Made by a program: the position numbers and the translations under genes
Shown: positions 21,256-33,900 of the stretch, in pieces
Position numbering within the stretch: position 1 is the stretch's first letter
Layout of the letters: each line of letters starts with the position of its first letter
Source of the DNA: Paraspadella gotoi
Lineage: Eukaryota; Animalia; Chaetognatha
Length of the DNA stretch: 64,000 nucleotides
Assembly: GCA_051294375.1 (NCBI GenBank)
Contig: CM119266.1
Location: forward strand, 18,586,087-18,650,086
Reading direction: 5' to 3'
Notes under the pieces: generated by a model
The model's input: the letters and a program-made list of their open reading frames with translations, nothing else
What the model was told of the DNA's origin: nothing
Database searches by the model: none

Positions 21256-21987
21256 GTGAGTGCGGTAATGATTCGATGCTTGCCAAGATTTTTTTTAAAC
21301 TCTAACAAAAGCAAAATAAATAAACAAAACGAAAAGCACTCTAATAATAATAAAAAGGAAATATATTTAAATTTATGTGGTCTCTTAATATATTTTTATA
21401 TTAATTAGACTAATTATTTGTTTCAGAGTCATGATTTTGGCAGAAGATTTATTAATTAGACTAATTCTAATAGTCTATTCTATCCCTTTTAATCAAATTA
21501 CCCAAATCCCATTCTCATTTATTGTCCCCAATACCCAATACCTTGCCAAGTCAAACGATTCAGATGTTATCCGTCGTATCACAATCACATTCGGCTCACC
21601 GTCATCACTAAAATTTCCTGTTTCATCAGCATTATCATCATCATCGCTACAACCGTTATCTTTGTCACTGTCATTTTCTGTTTAATATATCCTTTTAACT
21701 CCCATCTTTTTCGCCACGTCAATCTCTGTCACAATCATTTCTTTTCCCATAATCTCTATCACTATCGTCTGTCTCATCATCGATTTTATCAGCTTCAAGT
21801 CAACGACCTTTTCATTTCCTCCTAAAAAAAATATTTCGTCGCCTCTCGATAAAGAATTAGATAACATTTCAACTTTTTCATTTTAAACTAAATTTAAATT
21901 TAAAATTTTTCATAAAAAAAAAAACCCACAAAATAACAGTTAGTAAAAATGTAAAAAAAAAATGGTAGATAAGTTTTTGACCTTTGG

Positions 21988-22155
21988 GGTAGACAGATCC
22001 AGGGCATTCAACCCGACCAGATAGCTCCTATCCCTGGTTTTGCGTCCTCACGTGCCACTACAAGTAGATTCGCAGGATTCCAACCTAACATTAATTTTTT
22101 TGAAAAAAAAATCAACCTGTCAGGAGAGCGATGGGAGCCTTAGCCACCATAGTCT
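21988..22155 (-). mobile_element. tRNA-derived SINE-like element; copies at ~26510-26680 and ~36668-36845
   Basis: Minus strand reads GGTGGCTAAGG (A-box-like) then GGTTGGAATCC (B-box-like), followed by a GC-rich body. Confidence 0.4.
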
Positions 22156-22718
22156 GTTAAAAGTCAGTGCAAGATAGCTTATACTGACTAAATACATAAT
22201 TTTTAAAATGTTGTACCAATTCAGATATTAATATTGTATTAATATGAGTATTAGTATGAATTAGCATTAATTAATAATAACAGTATAATCTCAGAATTTT
22301 TTAAAAGACATTTTTGACCACGGTACGCACCAAAGCGACAAGAAAAAAACGCAGTCTCGGACGAGTTAAACTCAAAACTATAAAAAAAAAAGAACAAGTT
22401 AATTGGAATAAACGAAGTTCGCTTCTTTCTGGAGACAAATACAAAAATGGACCGATTTATGAGCAACTCGCTTCGAAATACAGACGACGACAGAATCTAA
22501 GGAGGCCAGAGTACGACAAAGCGTATAGAATGACTGGGGCTTCGGACGATGTCAATAAAAAGGGCGAAAGAGAATTCAATTTTATATTTCATGTACAAGT
22601 ACATTTTATTTAGACCAATATGGAAAAAACCATGCCTGCGAATTTAAAAAAAAACGAAGAATACTACGAACACCCGTTAATTGACCTTGTCGAGTTTTTA
22701 TCAATCTCTTCTCTGTGT

Positions 22719-23541
22719 NNNNNNNNNNNNNNNNNNNNNNNNNNNNNNNNNNNNNNNNNNNNNNNNNNNNNNNNNNNNNNNNNNNNNNNNNNNNNNNNNN
22801 NNNNNNNNNNNNNNNNNNNNNNNNNNNNNNNNNNNNNNNNNNNNNNNNNNNNNNNNNNNNNNNNNNNNNNNNNNNNNNNNNNNNNNNNNNNNNNNNNNNN
22901 NNNNNNNNNNNNNNNNNNNNNNNNNNNNNNNNNNNNNNNNNNNNNNNNNNNNNNNNNNNNNNNNNNNNNNNNNNNNNNNNNNNNNNNNNNNNNNNNNNNN
23001 NNNNNNNNNNNNNNNNNNNNNNNNNNNNNNNNNNNNNNNNNNNNNNNNNNNNNNNNNNNNNNNNNNNNNNNNNNNNNNNNNNNNNNNNNNNNNNNNNNNN
23101 NNNNNNNNNNNNNNNNNNNNNNNNNNNNNNNNNNNNNNNNNNNNNNNNNNNNNNNNNNNNNNNNNNNNNNNNNNNNNNNNNNNNNNNNNNNNNNNNNNNN
23201 NNNNNNNNNNNNNNNNNNNNNNNNNNNNNNNNNNNNNNNNNNNNNNNNNNNNNNNNNNNNNNNNNNNNNNNNNNNNNNNNNNNNNNNNNNNNNNNNNNNN
23301 NNNNNNNNNNNNNNNNNNNNNNNNNNNNNNNNNNNNNNNNNNNNNNNNNNNNNNNNNNNNNNNNNNNNNNNNNNNNNNNNNNNNNNNNNNNNNNNNNNNN
23401 NNNNNNNNNNNNNNNNNNNNNNNNNNNNNNNNNNNNNNNNNNNNNNNNNNNNNNNNNNNNNNNNNNNNNNNNNNNNNNNNNNNNNNNNNNNNNNNNNNNN
23501 NNNNNNNNNNNNNNNNNNNNNNNNNNNNNNNNNNNNNNNNN
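22719..23541. other. Assembly gap (N). Other gaps: 692-865, 24453-24462, 51985-52078, and 25-N gaps at 1103, 8759, 17395, 20059, 31219 and 50350
   Basis: N runs. The 22719-23541 gap corresponds roughly to sequence present in the next copy (~27240-27770). Confidence 0.98.
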
Positions 23542-25347
23542 NTTTTTTTTTGTTTTTTTTTTATTTGACGTGGATCCTTTTTTGGTTCTACAACTGAAAC
23601 TAAAGTTGTAATTGGAGGAGTTAGTCTAAATTAAGACAAGTTAAGAATGTGACACAGTTTTTTTCCTTCGTAATCCCATAATGTAGTACTTAAATTTGTA
23701 TTTTTTTATGATTTTTACGTCAAAGTTGATTAAAATTGATTTACCGAATTGTTTTCGAATTATTCTGACGGGAAGAAACTTTTGTGAAGATTCATCATCG
23801 GACTTTTATTCATTTGAATATTTATTCATTGACAAATAAAACATTTCACTACGTATCTATTCATTTAATTCATTGATCGATATTTATTATTCATTGCCTT
23901 TCCTTTTCAGCTATCATGAGTTATTAATGATTATAGGAGAGGTATTGGGTTACTGATAGGTTATGTGGTTCTTGATCATTGTGTTTCTCTTTTGATCTAT
24001 TACAGTGTAGATTCCAGGGTGCACTGTCAATACACGGTCGCCCGTGATCAATCATTCCCTGGTTGGAACGAGACTTTCTGCCACGCCTTGACTCTCGTTG
24101 ACACTCCTTTTGTCACCCCAAACTCATGTGTCAGGGGGTACGCAGGATTTGCCCCCTAACACTGGTGCATCGTCCTTTATCCACACTGAGTGGAGAGCCC
24201 GTTGTGTGTTGACAATTTGCCACTCCTCTCTTTGGAGTGCTGCTCCACTGTCTCTCAGTCTGTCGAGACTGTCCTGCAAAATGTAAACCACAAACATTCG
24301 TCAGCAGTCCTATTGGATTCAACAGGGCTGTCAAGAAAAATAATCTTTTCATCAGTTTTCACTTGTGGGCTTTGCCTGGATCTTTCCGCCAAAGACAGAG
24401 ATTGCTAGCGCGATAGACCTGGTGGATCTGGCAAGAAATATTGTGCAATTCANNNNNNNNNNATAGAGAGAGAGGAAGGGAGAGAGAACGTTTTGTTTTT
24501 CAAATAATTTTTATGAAGAAAAAAATTCATAACTTATCTACGAAATTTTAACTCGCGAGTGAAATTAAAAAAAAACAAACAGGAAATGATCGATAAGAAA
24601 GAAAAAGAAAAAAGAAAAAAGAAAAGGAAAAAAAGAAATGTTAATAGAAGAAATTGATTCGAATAATAGAAGATCTCAATCTAAAAAGGAAGATTTAGAT
24701 TTAAACTTCTTGAATGCACTTGCTGACAAGGTGCGACTATCATTTTCAGCACTACTTTCAAAAGCGGCCTGAACCTGAATCCTTATTCCTAATTTCTAAC
24801 CGTAAACCTTATTTTTAAACCCATACCTTAAATCCCATCTTAATTACTAACCCTAAACAGAGATGGGTCGTTTTGGGAAAAAATAGCCTAATTTTCAGTA
24901 ATCAAAAATAGGGTAATAGTGTGCAAGAGTAAAATATTGCAGATATAGTAAAGAAAAGTGTATAAGAGTGCATCGAAGTGTATATATGACAATGCAACTA
25001 AATGTCTGTCTCAGAACGTTTCTTGCTTATCTTTAGAATTTAATGCTTACGTATTTCCTTATAAATATTGAATTTGATCCCTCTCTCTCTCTCTGTTTCT
25101 CTCTCTCTCTCTCCATCTTGCAGGTTTTCCTTCCTTGAAGCCTTCATATTTTATCAATGACTGTTACTTGCTATCTACTTTCCGTTTTTTTAAATCGTTA
25201 CTGGCCTTCCTTTAAGAAGGCAATAAACTTCAACTACGAATTTATTTTGCGAAAAAACTCCCCTCCCCCCCCTCTCTCGTGCTCGTGCGTCTGCTCGGCT
25301 GCTGCTGCGCTCTCTCTCTCTTTCTCCTCTCTCTCTCTCTCTCTTCT

Positions 25348-25455
25348 GGGCGGTGCAAAAAGAAGCGATTCGGAGGCAGTTGTCTATCTATTGGCCCGCG
25401 CCCACGCTGCTGCTCTCGTCCTCTGCTGTCCTCCCTCTCTTCTCTTCGTCGTCTC

Positions 25456-25514
<59 letters not shown>

Positions 25515-25550
25515 GCCTCGTCTCTCTCTTCTCTCTTCTCTCTGTCACTT
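25348..25550 (+). promoter_or_regulatory. Candidate Pol II promoter: GGGCGG (25348), reverse CCAAT ATTGG (25390), GA/CT tracts, TCACTT Inr-like (25545)
   Basis: Motifs lie in canonical order just upstream of the signal-peptide exon. The same motifs occur in the copy at 20845, 20887 and 21015. Confidence 0.4.
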
Positions 25551-25585
25551 CTGAACTTTCCGAAACAAATTCTTTTTTCATTTTT

Positions 25586-25796
25586 ATGATCTCATCGATA
25601 TCGTTCCATGTCTGTCGTCGTCGTCGTCGTCGTGTCGTCGTCGTCATTGCTATCATCATCCTCATCAACATCAGCATGATCCAATCTCCATCGATACCCT
25701 TTACACGTTTCACCAGTGCTCAAGACGACTTTTCTCCCGGTGCAAAACCAAGTCAAGCCGATTATGTGTGGATTCGTATGCGCCCTCGTTTTGTGT
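25586..25796 (+). CDS. Candidate first coding exon with signal peptide: MISSISFHVCRRRRRRVVVVIAIIILINISMIQSPSIPFTRFTSA/QDDFSPGAKPSQADYVWIRMRPRFV
   Basis: Basic n-region, hydrophobic h-region and T-S-A/Q-D cleavage-like site. T|GTGAGT donor (phase 1). Lies downstream of GC box, CCAAT and Inr-like motifs. Frame differs by indels in the other copies. Confidence 0.45.
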
Positions 25797-28268
25797 GTGA
25801 GTGCCGGTAATGATTCGATGGCTTGCCAAGATTTTTTTTAAACTCTAACAAAAGCAAAATAAATAAACAAAACGAAAAGCACTCTAATATAATAAAATTT
25901 AAAAATAAAAAGGAATATATTTAAATTTATGTGTCTCTAAATATAGAATATTTTTATATTAATTAGACTACAGTTAGCTAATAGTCTATTCCTATCCTTT
26001 TAATCAAATTACCCAGAATCCCATTCTCATTTATTGTCCAATAACCAATACCCAACCTTGCCAAGTCAACGATTCAGATGTTATCCGTCGTTCACAATCA
26101 CATTCGGCTCACCGTCATCACTAAAATTTCCTGTTTCGATCATGCATTATCATCATTCATCGCTACAACGCGTTATCTTTGTCACTGTCATTTTCTGTTT
26201 TAAGTATAGTCCTTTAATTATCCATCTTTTTCGCCACTCTTAATCTCTGTCACAATCATTTCTTCCCTAATCTCTATCACTATCGTCTGTCTCATCATCG
26301 ATTTTATCAGCTTCAAGTCAACGACCGCTTTTCTTTCCTCCTAAAAAAATATTCGTCGCCTCTCGATAAAAAAATTAGATAAACATTTCAACTTTTTCAT
26401 TTTTTAACTAAATTTAAGATTTTAAAATTTTCATAAAAAAAAACCCACAAAATAACAGTTAGTAAATGTAAAAAAAAAATGGTTGAGATAAGTTTTTTTG
26501 ACCTTTGTGGTAGACAGATCCAGGGCATTCAACCCGCCAGATAGCTCCTATCCCTGGGCTGTTTTCGTCCTCACGTGCCACTACAAGAGAGTCCAGGATT
26601 CCAACCTAGACATTTAATTTTTGAAAAGAAAAGTCAACCTGTCAGAAGGAGCTGGATGGAGGCCTTAGCCCACCATAGTCTGTAAAAAGTCAGGTGCAAG
26701 ATAGCTTATGTAACTGACTAAATACATAATTTTTAAATGGTTGTACCAATTTCAGGATATTATTAATATTAGTATTAATATGAGAATTAGTATGATTAGC
26801 ATTAATTAATAATAAACATATAATCTCAGGAATTTTTAAAAACATTTTGATCACGTAACCGACCAAAGCGACAAGAAAAAACGCAGCGTCGGACGAGTTA
26901 AACTCAAAACTATAAAAAAAAAGAACAAGTTAATTGGATAAAACGAAGTTCGCTTCTTTCTGAGAGACAAATGGACAAAAATGACGCGATTTATGAGCAA
27001 CTCGCTTCGAAATACAGACGACGACATGGATCCTAAGGAGGCAGATGTACGGACAAAGGGATAGAATGACTGGGCTTCGGACGATGTCAATAAAAAAGGG
27101 CGAAAGACGAATTCAATTTTATATTTCATGTACAATTGTACATTATTAGACCAAATGGGAAAACCATCCTGGCAGAATTTAAAAAAAAAAGAAGAATACT
27201 ACGAATCCACCCGTAAATTGACTTGTCAGTTTTTATCATGAATAAAGATGGATCTTTGGTCGGACCACCCTCCGCTTTGTCTCGACCACCTAGAGAAAAT
27301 AGATAAATCAAAAAATTTTAAAAATACTTTGTTGAGTTTACAATTTCTTTCGCCCTTTTTACGAATTAAAAAAAAAAATTAGAGTGAAGAATTTCTGTCC
27401 CATCATCATCTGGTATTCTAATAATAATAATAATAATATATTTTCTTGTTATTTGTTCTTTATAGACAGACGACGTCGGTCGACGTTGAGTGAAAAAAAA
27501 AAATTTATGCGATTCTTTTAAAAAACGATAAATCGGTTGGGATCAAAGGCAAAAAATGAATTACTCCGTAACCGAAAAAAAGACAATAAATTCCGCTACG
27601 CGATACATTTCAATTAAAGAAAGACGGTGGGGAAATAAGTTCTGGAGATTATGAGTTGTTTTTCTCTTTTTGAAAGAGATAAATGGAGATTTGATTTCTA
27701 TTTTCTTCTCTTTTTTGTTGAGATTTAAAGGAGTGACGGTTTAAAAAGGCCGCGTCCGTCTCTATGTTTTTTTTTTGTTTTTTTTCACATTTGACGGTGG
27801 TATCGCTTTTTTGGTTCTACATACCTGAAACTAAAAGTTGTAAATTGGAGGGAGTTAGTCTACAATTAAGACTAAGTTATAGAATGTGGACAACAAGTTT
27901 TATTTTCTTAGCGTATCCTAATAATGTGTACTTAAATTTGTATTTTCCTTTATGATTTTTTACGTGCAAATGTTGATTAATTGATATGTTTACCGAATTG
28001 TTTTTCTGAGATTATTCTGAGCGGGAAGAAACTTTTGTGAAGATTCATCATCGGACTTTTATTCATTTAATAATTGTATATCATTGACAAATAAAACATT
28101 TCAGCTAGGTGATCGGTATTTCATTTAATTCATTGAACTGATATTTATTATTCATTTGGCTTTCGCTTTTTCAGCTTATCATGAGTTATTAATGATTATA
28201 GGAGAGGTATTGGGTTAGTCTGATAGGTTATGTGGTTCTTGATCATTGTGTTTCGTGCTTTTGATCTA

Positions 28269-28778
28269 TTACAGTGTAGAGTTCCAGGGTGCACTGTCAT
28301 ATACACGGTCGCCCCGTTGATGCAATCTATTCTGGTTGGTAATCGTAGACTTTTCTGCCACGCTTGACTTCGTTACACTCTTTTGTGTCACCTCCAAATC
28401 AGGTGTCAGGGGGTGAGCGCAGGATTTGGCCCCGTAACACTGCGTGCGAGTCGTCTTTATTGCCAACTGAGTGGAGAGCCCGCTTGTGTGTTGACAATAT
28501 TGATACCTCTCTTGAGATGCTGCTGCCACTGTCTGTCTCAGTCTGTCGAGACTAGTCCTGTTCAAATGTAAACCTTACTAAACATGTCGTCAGCAGTCCT
28601 ATTGGATTCAACAGGGCTGTCAAGAAAATAATCTTCTATCAGTTTTTCACTTGTGGGCTTTGGCCTACTGGATTTTCCGCCTAAAGTACAGAGATTTGCT
28701 AGCGCGATAGACCTGGTTGGATTTGGCAAAGAATATTGTGCATTCAATGCTTCAAACGCTGTTAAAGATGACATACTC
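28269..28778 (-). CDS. Candidate error-disrupted exon of a minus-strand gene (SMSSLTAFEALNAQYSLP...SPVESNRT...); copies at ~24000-24452 and ~38610-39450
   Basis: Complex, higher-GC non-repetitive sequence with long open stretches in alternating frames across copies. Weak tttttaaAG acceptor. No recognisable domain. Confidence 0.25.
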
Positions 28779-29432
28779 CTTTAAAAATCGTTCGCACTAT
28801 GTCGCGCGGCGTGTTTTCGATTAAGTGGCTTCGAGACCCAATTGAGGCTCAACCTTTAGAAGTTGGAGGGAGAAAGGCTTGGCTACCACCCTCATGTGGA
28901 ACGACTCCACTTGGCTTTTAGTAAATCCGACACTGCTATTAGCACAGTGCTTCCCAAATTTTCCCAAAATCCGCGGTACCCCAATTTGTTTCTTTAACCT
29001 TAACTTCCATCACTCAACTTTTTCTTACATCCTGTCGTATTTGCCATTCATCAGTCAAAAGTAAGTAGAGAGATCGTCAGCATAATTCGATAAATAAAAA
29101 TTATACTTGGGATTTTTGGTGTTTGAATTGAGTAGAGAGGAAAGGGAGAGATCAGGGAAAGAGTGGGTAAGTTTTAATGAGGTTAAGGCGGTAGGGTGAG
29201 ATGGAGGCGGCGCGTCAATGCGAAAAACTAACCGAATTTAAGCTAGAATGGGGCGCTTTTTGAAAATAAAGCACAATAGTAATTGGGTAGGGATGGACGA
29301 TGGGACGGTGGGTGAGTATTAGGCAATTGGTGAGTTCAAACCAGTTCGTGAGGTTTTGCTTCCTCCTTTTTCCTTTTTCATTTTTCCTTTTAGATTTTAT
29401 CCCATAAAATTCCCCTTTGACGAAAATATTAC

Positions 29433-29458
29433 TTTTCATGGGCGTGACAGGCGAACGC
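29433..29458 (-). CDS. Candidate 26-nt micro-exon (AFACHAHE-K)
   Basis: Long CT tract plus gggtcAG acceptor, AA|GTAATA donor. Phase 2 end is compatible with the 28778 exon. Confidence 0.25.
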
Positions 29459-30154
29459 CTGACCCGAGAAAGAAATAGAGAGAGGTTGAGAGAGAGAAAG
29501 AGAAAGAGCGAGAGAAATGGGTAGAAAGGAATAGGAAAGGACAGGAATGAAGGAAGAAAGAAACAATGCGAGAAAGATTGAGACAGATAAAGAGAGCGAG
29601 AAAATCGAAAAAAATGACAAATATTGTTCGTCCTACATCCCTGCCGCTGCCGCCGCCGGCGCCGCCCCTCCGCCGCCGACGGAGCAGCAGTTCGTCGTGA
29701 CCGGTTTGGATGAGGTTTTGATTGTTGTTGTTGTTGTCGTCGTCGTTGTAGTTTCAAAATTATCGTCACCCGTTCATCTCTAATTTATGTTATGGATTAC
29801 CTGATTTCCCCCCCAAAAAATTTTTTAATACTTTTCTGAACATAATTCAAATCAAGCTTCATATGCATAGTAAATATGCTATTAACTGTTAAATATATCT
29901 ATTTGAATTCGCTAAAAACGATTGATGGAACCATTAGTTGGTCCGAAACCGCATAGGTGCTATTACGCAACCATGCCAACGTCCAAACTGCAACTCGGCA
30001 ACTATGCAACAAACGAGCAGTCTGCCTTCGCTGCTGGGGGCGTCGTCGTCGTCGTCGTCGTCGTCGTACTTATTAGAGAGAGCATAGACCCTTAGGCTCT
30101 GTAGAGGACGAGAGACGAATTCTAAATTGGACAACGAAATGAATATTTTAACTG

Positions 30155-30163
30155 AGAGATAGA

Positions 30164-30199
<36 letters not shown>

Positions 30200-30200
30200 T

Positions 30201-30249
<49 letters not shown>

Positions 30250-30378
30250 AGAGAAAAAGAGAGGCGAGAGAGAGAGAGAGAGAGAAGAGAGAGAGAGGAG
30301 AGAGAGAGGATTGAGAAAGAGAGAGAAAGAGAGATGAGATAGAGAGAGAGATTGAAGAAAGAGAGAGAAAGAGAGTAT

Positions 30379-30426
<48 letters not shown>

Positions 30427-30654
30427 AGAGAGAGATAGAGGAGAGAGAGAGAAAGAGAGAGTAGAGAAGAGAGAGAGAGATGAGACGAGAGAGAGAAGAG
30501 AAGAGATGATGATTAGAGAGATGAGAGAGGAGAGATAGAGAAAAAGAGTAGAGGAGAGAGAGAGAGAGAGAGAAAAGAGAGAGAGAGAGGAGAGAAGAGA
30601 GAGAGAAGAGAGAGAGAGTAGAGATGAGAAAGAGATGAGAGAGAGAGAGGAGCA

Positions 30655-30685
<31 letters not shown>

Positions 30686-30699
30686 AGAGAGAGAGAGAG

Positions 30700-30737
<38 letters not shown>

Positions 30738-30757
30738 CAGAGGAGAGAAGAGAGATA
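30155..30757 (+). repeat. ~600-bp imperfect (AG)n tract; noisy copy at ~42535-43270
   Basis: Direct reading of the sequence. Confidence 0.95.
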
Positions 30758-31243
30758 TGCCGGGGACTTCCATTGTCAGCGGGATTAAGAGTTGGATTTA
30801 AAACTGATCAATCTCATGTTTCATTTCTATTCATTGTTCATCATTATGTCATTCATTTACCATTTTTTTTCAATTTTTCTTTCAATTATTTTATTCATTC
30901 ATTCATTTTTATATTATTGCCCCTTTAATTCAATAAATATTGTACTCGATTTTTTAAAAATTATAATTTCTAATTCAAATCATTTCACCTCAACCTTCGC
31001 CCGAACCAAACGTCTTCGGTTTCCGGATTTTGTATTCCGATTAAACCAAAACAAAGAAGAAAAAATCTCATTCGCCACCGCTCACCCACCACCGCTCACC
31101 CATCACCACCACCATCACCCACTACGTCCCATCATTTTCATCAGCAATTTCCTAATTTCACCAGTCATCCCCACGCCCACCCGTCCACGTGTCTCTCTCT
31201 CTCTCTCTCTCGTCCGTCNNNNNNNNNNNNNNNNNNNNNNNNN

Positions 31244-31278
<35 letters not shown>

Positions 31279-31676
31279 AGAGAGAGAAGAGAGAGATATC
31301 CGGGGAATTCCATTGTCAGCGGGAATAAGGAGTGGAATTTAAACTGTCATTCATTCATTCATTCATTCATTCATTTCATTCATATCATTCATTCATTCAT
31401 TCTTATTATATGCCCCTTTAATTAATAAATATTGTACATCGATTTTTTAAAAATATTAATTTCTAATTCAAATCATTCACCTCAACCTTGCGCCCGAACC
31501 AAACGTCATTCGGTTTCCGGATTTTGAATTCGATTAAACCAAAACAAAGAAGAAAAAATCTCATTCGCCACCCGCCTCACCCACCACCGCTCACCCAGAC
31601 CACTCACCACCCATCACCCACTACGTCCCATCATTTCATCAGCAATTTCCTAATTTCACCAGTCATCCCCACCCCA

Positions 31677-31680
<4 letters not shown>
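30745..31680 (+). repeat. ~450-bp tandem duplication flanking the 25-N gap at 31219-31243
   Basis: ~30745-31190 matches ~31285-31680. Present once in the noisy copy (~43255-43750). Confidence 0.85.
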
Positions 31681-31758
<78 letters not shown>

Positions 31759-31814
31759 TCTCCTCTCTTCTCTTTTTCTTTCTCTCACTCTCTCTCTCCC
31801 TCCCTCCTCCCTCC

Positions 31815-31864
<50 letters not shown>

Positions 31865-32097
31865 CTTCCTCCCATCCCTCACCCATCCCTCCCAATATTT
31901 TTTTTTTATTCCAAAACAAAAAAAGAATAAAGTTTCTTAAGAAACTGATTATGGCGCGTGCCAAAAACGTCTTTGAGGCCAACTCCATGATAGAGGCCAA
32001 CGGATATTTAAGGCCAAACGAAGTATCGTTGCCAAAAAGTTCATTGTTTTGACTCGAAGGAGTAAGGAAATGCCAGGGAGCAACGCCCCGGCGAAAA

Positions 32098-32098
32098 A

Positions 32099-32137
<39 letters not shown>

Positions 32138-32504
32138 TACGCCAAAGTCCGATAAAAAATATTTTTTACGAGTGCAACTTTTGATTTTTTACACGAGAGG
32201 GAAAAGTTTATAGTAAAGAAATCGATAATGGAATTTAGATTAATAAATATTGAAAGGAACGACGCGTGATCGTTTAATTATGACTAAAATTGAATATGTA
32301 TGGAAATGGGACGAAAATACCGCCGGAGGAGTCGTCGTCGTCGTCGTCGTCGTCGTCCTCGTCAATGTTGTGATTCCGACCCTCGTAAAAATATGAATCT
32401 TGAAAGACGACTCTGATGTTGGAGCTTCTTCTGCATCATCATCAACATCATCAACATCATCATCATCATCATAATCATCATCACCATCATCGTCATCATC
32501 GTCG

Positions 32505-32568
<64 letters not shown>

Positions 32569-32780
32569 GCTTAATACATATTGTCAGAAACATCGTCACC
32601 GTCGTTGATGTCATTGTCATCACAATCGGTCTCGCCGTCGTCGTAGTCGTCGTCGTCGTCGTCGCCCTCTTCCGAACTCAGGGGCAAAGATTAAAACCAT
32701 CTTTCGCCCTCGCGTCGTCCTTTTCGCGGAGGAGGAGGAGGAGGAGGAGGAAGAGGAGGAGGAGGAGGAAGAAGGGGAGG
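32098..32780 (+). repeat. Trinucleotide microsatellite cluster: (GAC)n, (GTC)n, (ATC)n at 32434-32567, (GAG)n
   Basis: Direct reading. Accounts for the poly-D, poly-M and poly-S ORFs. Confidence 0.9.
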
Positions 32781-33439
32781 AAAGGATGAAAAAAAAAGAG
32801 GGAGAGGAAAACGGAAAGAGGAGTGAGAGAGGGAGGAAGAATATAAGGAGAGGGGTAGAGAGAAAAATGCGATAACAACAACAACAACGAAACTTCAACC
32901 ACAACGATAAAACATCACTTCAACAACTACTACAAAAACAGCAACGACTAAATTACAATAACAATAAAATATTACAACAACATCTGCAACAACAACAACA
33001 ACAAAAACATCATCAACAGCAGCAGAAGCATTACCAGCAGTACCAGCAGCATCAGAAGCAACCACCGTCAGAAAAACCCTTTCCATCACTTTCCGACCTA
33101 AAAAGCCTTCTCTCTCTCTCTCTCTCTCCTCTCTTCTCTCTTCTCCTCATCTCACTCTCTCTCACTGCTCTCTCTCTCTCTCTCTCTCTCTCTCCTTTTC
33201 AAACTCGTAGTAAACAAGACCTCGACGTATCTCTCTGCCCCATTAAACGTTCTATGAAACATTCACAGTAAACATCGAGGAAAACGAAAAAGAAAAAAAG
33301 GTTGATGGAGAAAAAAAAAGACGCTGAGAGACGAATTATTGAGGAGAGAGAAATTGAGGGTGTGAAGATCCGAGGGGGGTTCGGGGGGGCGGCTGGATGG
33401 GGGCGGCAGGAGAGGCGAGGAGGAGGAACCGCTGGGTAT

Positions 33440-33900
33440 TTCTTCTTCTTCTTCTTCTTTCTTTTCTTTCTTTCTTATTTTTATTTTTATTATTATTATT
33501 ATTATTTATTTATATTTATTATTTTATTTATTATATTTATTTATTATTATTTAATTTATTTATTTTAACTTCTCCTCTTTCTTTCTTTCTTTCTTCTTCT
33601 TTCTTTCTCTCTCATGTCCCCTTTTCTGTCAAAACCATCTTATTACTACTTTCCATCTACGGCGTATTTAATTTATTATTTATTTATTTAGTTTATTATT
33701 ATTTTATATTTTTTAATTATTTATTTCAATTTATTTATTTTTTATTTATAATTTTATATTTATTTTAATTTAATTTCTCTCTTCTTTCTTTCATTTCGTT
33801 CTTTCTTTTCTCTTTCTTTCTTTCTTTCTTTCATTTCTTTCTTTCTTCTTTCTTTCTTTCTTATTTCTTTCTTTCTTTCTTTCTTTCTCTCTCTCTCTCT
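33440..33900 (+). repeat. (TTTA)n/(TTA)n/(TTTC)n low-complexity tract
   Basis: Direct reading of the sequence. Confidence 0.9.

Larger units (their letters stand above)
19060..28745 (+). repeat. Overlapping redundant copies of one locus (19060-20058, 20084-24452, 24463-28745)
   Basis: Collinear near-identical sequence differing by indels. Junctions fall at the 25-N and 10-N gaps. Confidence 0.9.

Noticed and set aside
22620-23611. Long ORFs of about 300 aa
   Set aside because: They consist of N-gap positions.
28944-28985. hAT/Charlie-like terminus CAGTGCTTCCCAAA
   Set aside because: Only one end was found, with no partner TIR or TSD.
32240-32623. Poly-Asp acidic protein ORF on the minus strand
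   Set aside because: It derives from an (ATC)n microsatellite, with no convincing splice sites or domain context.
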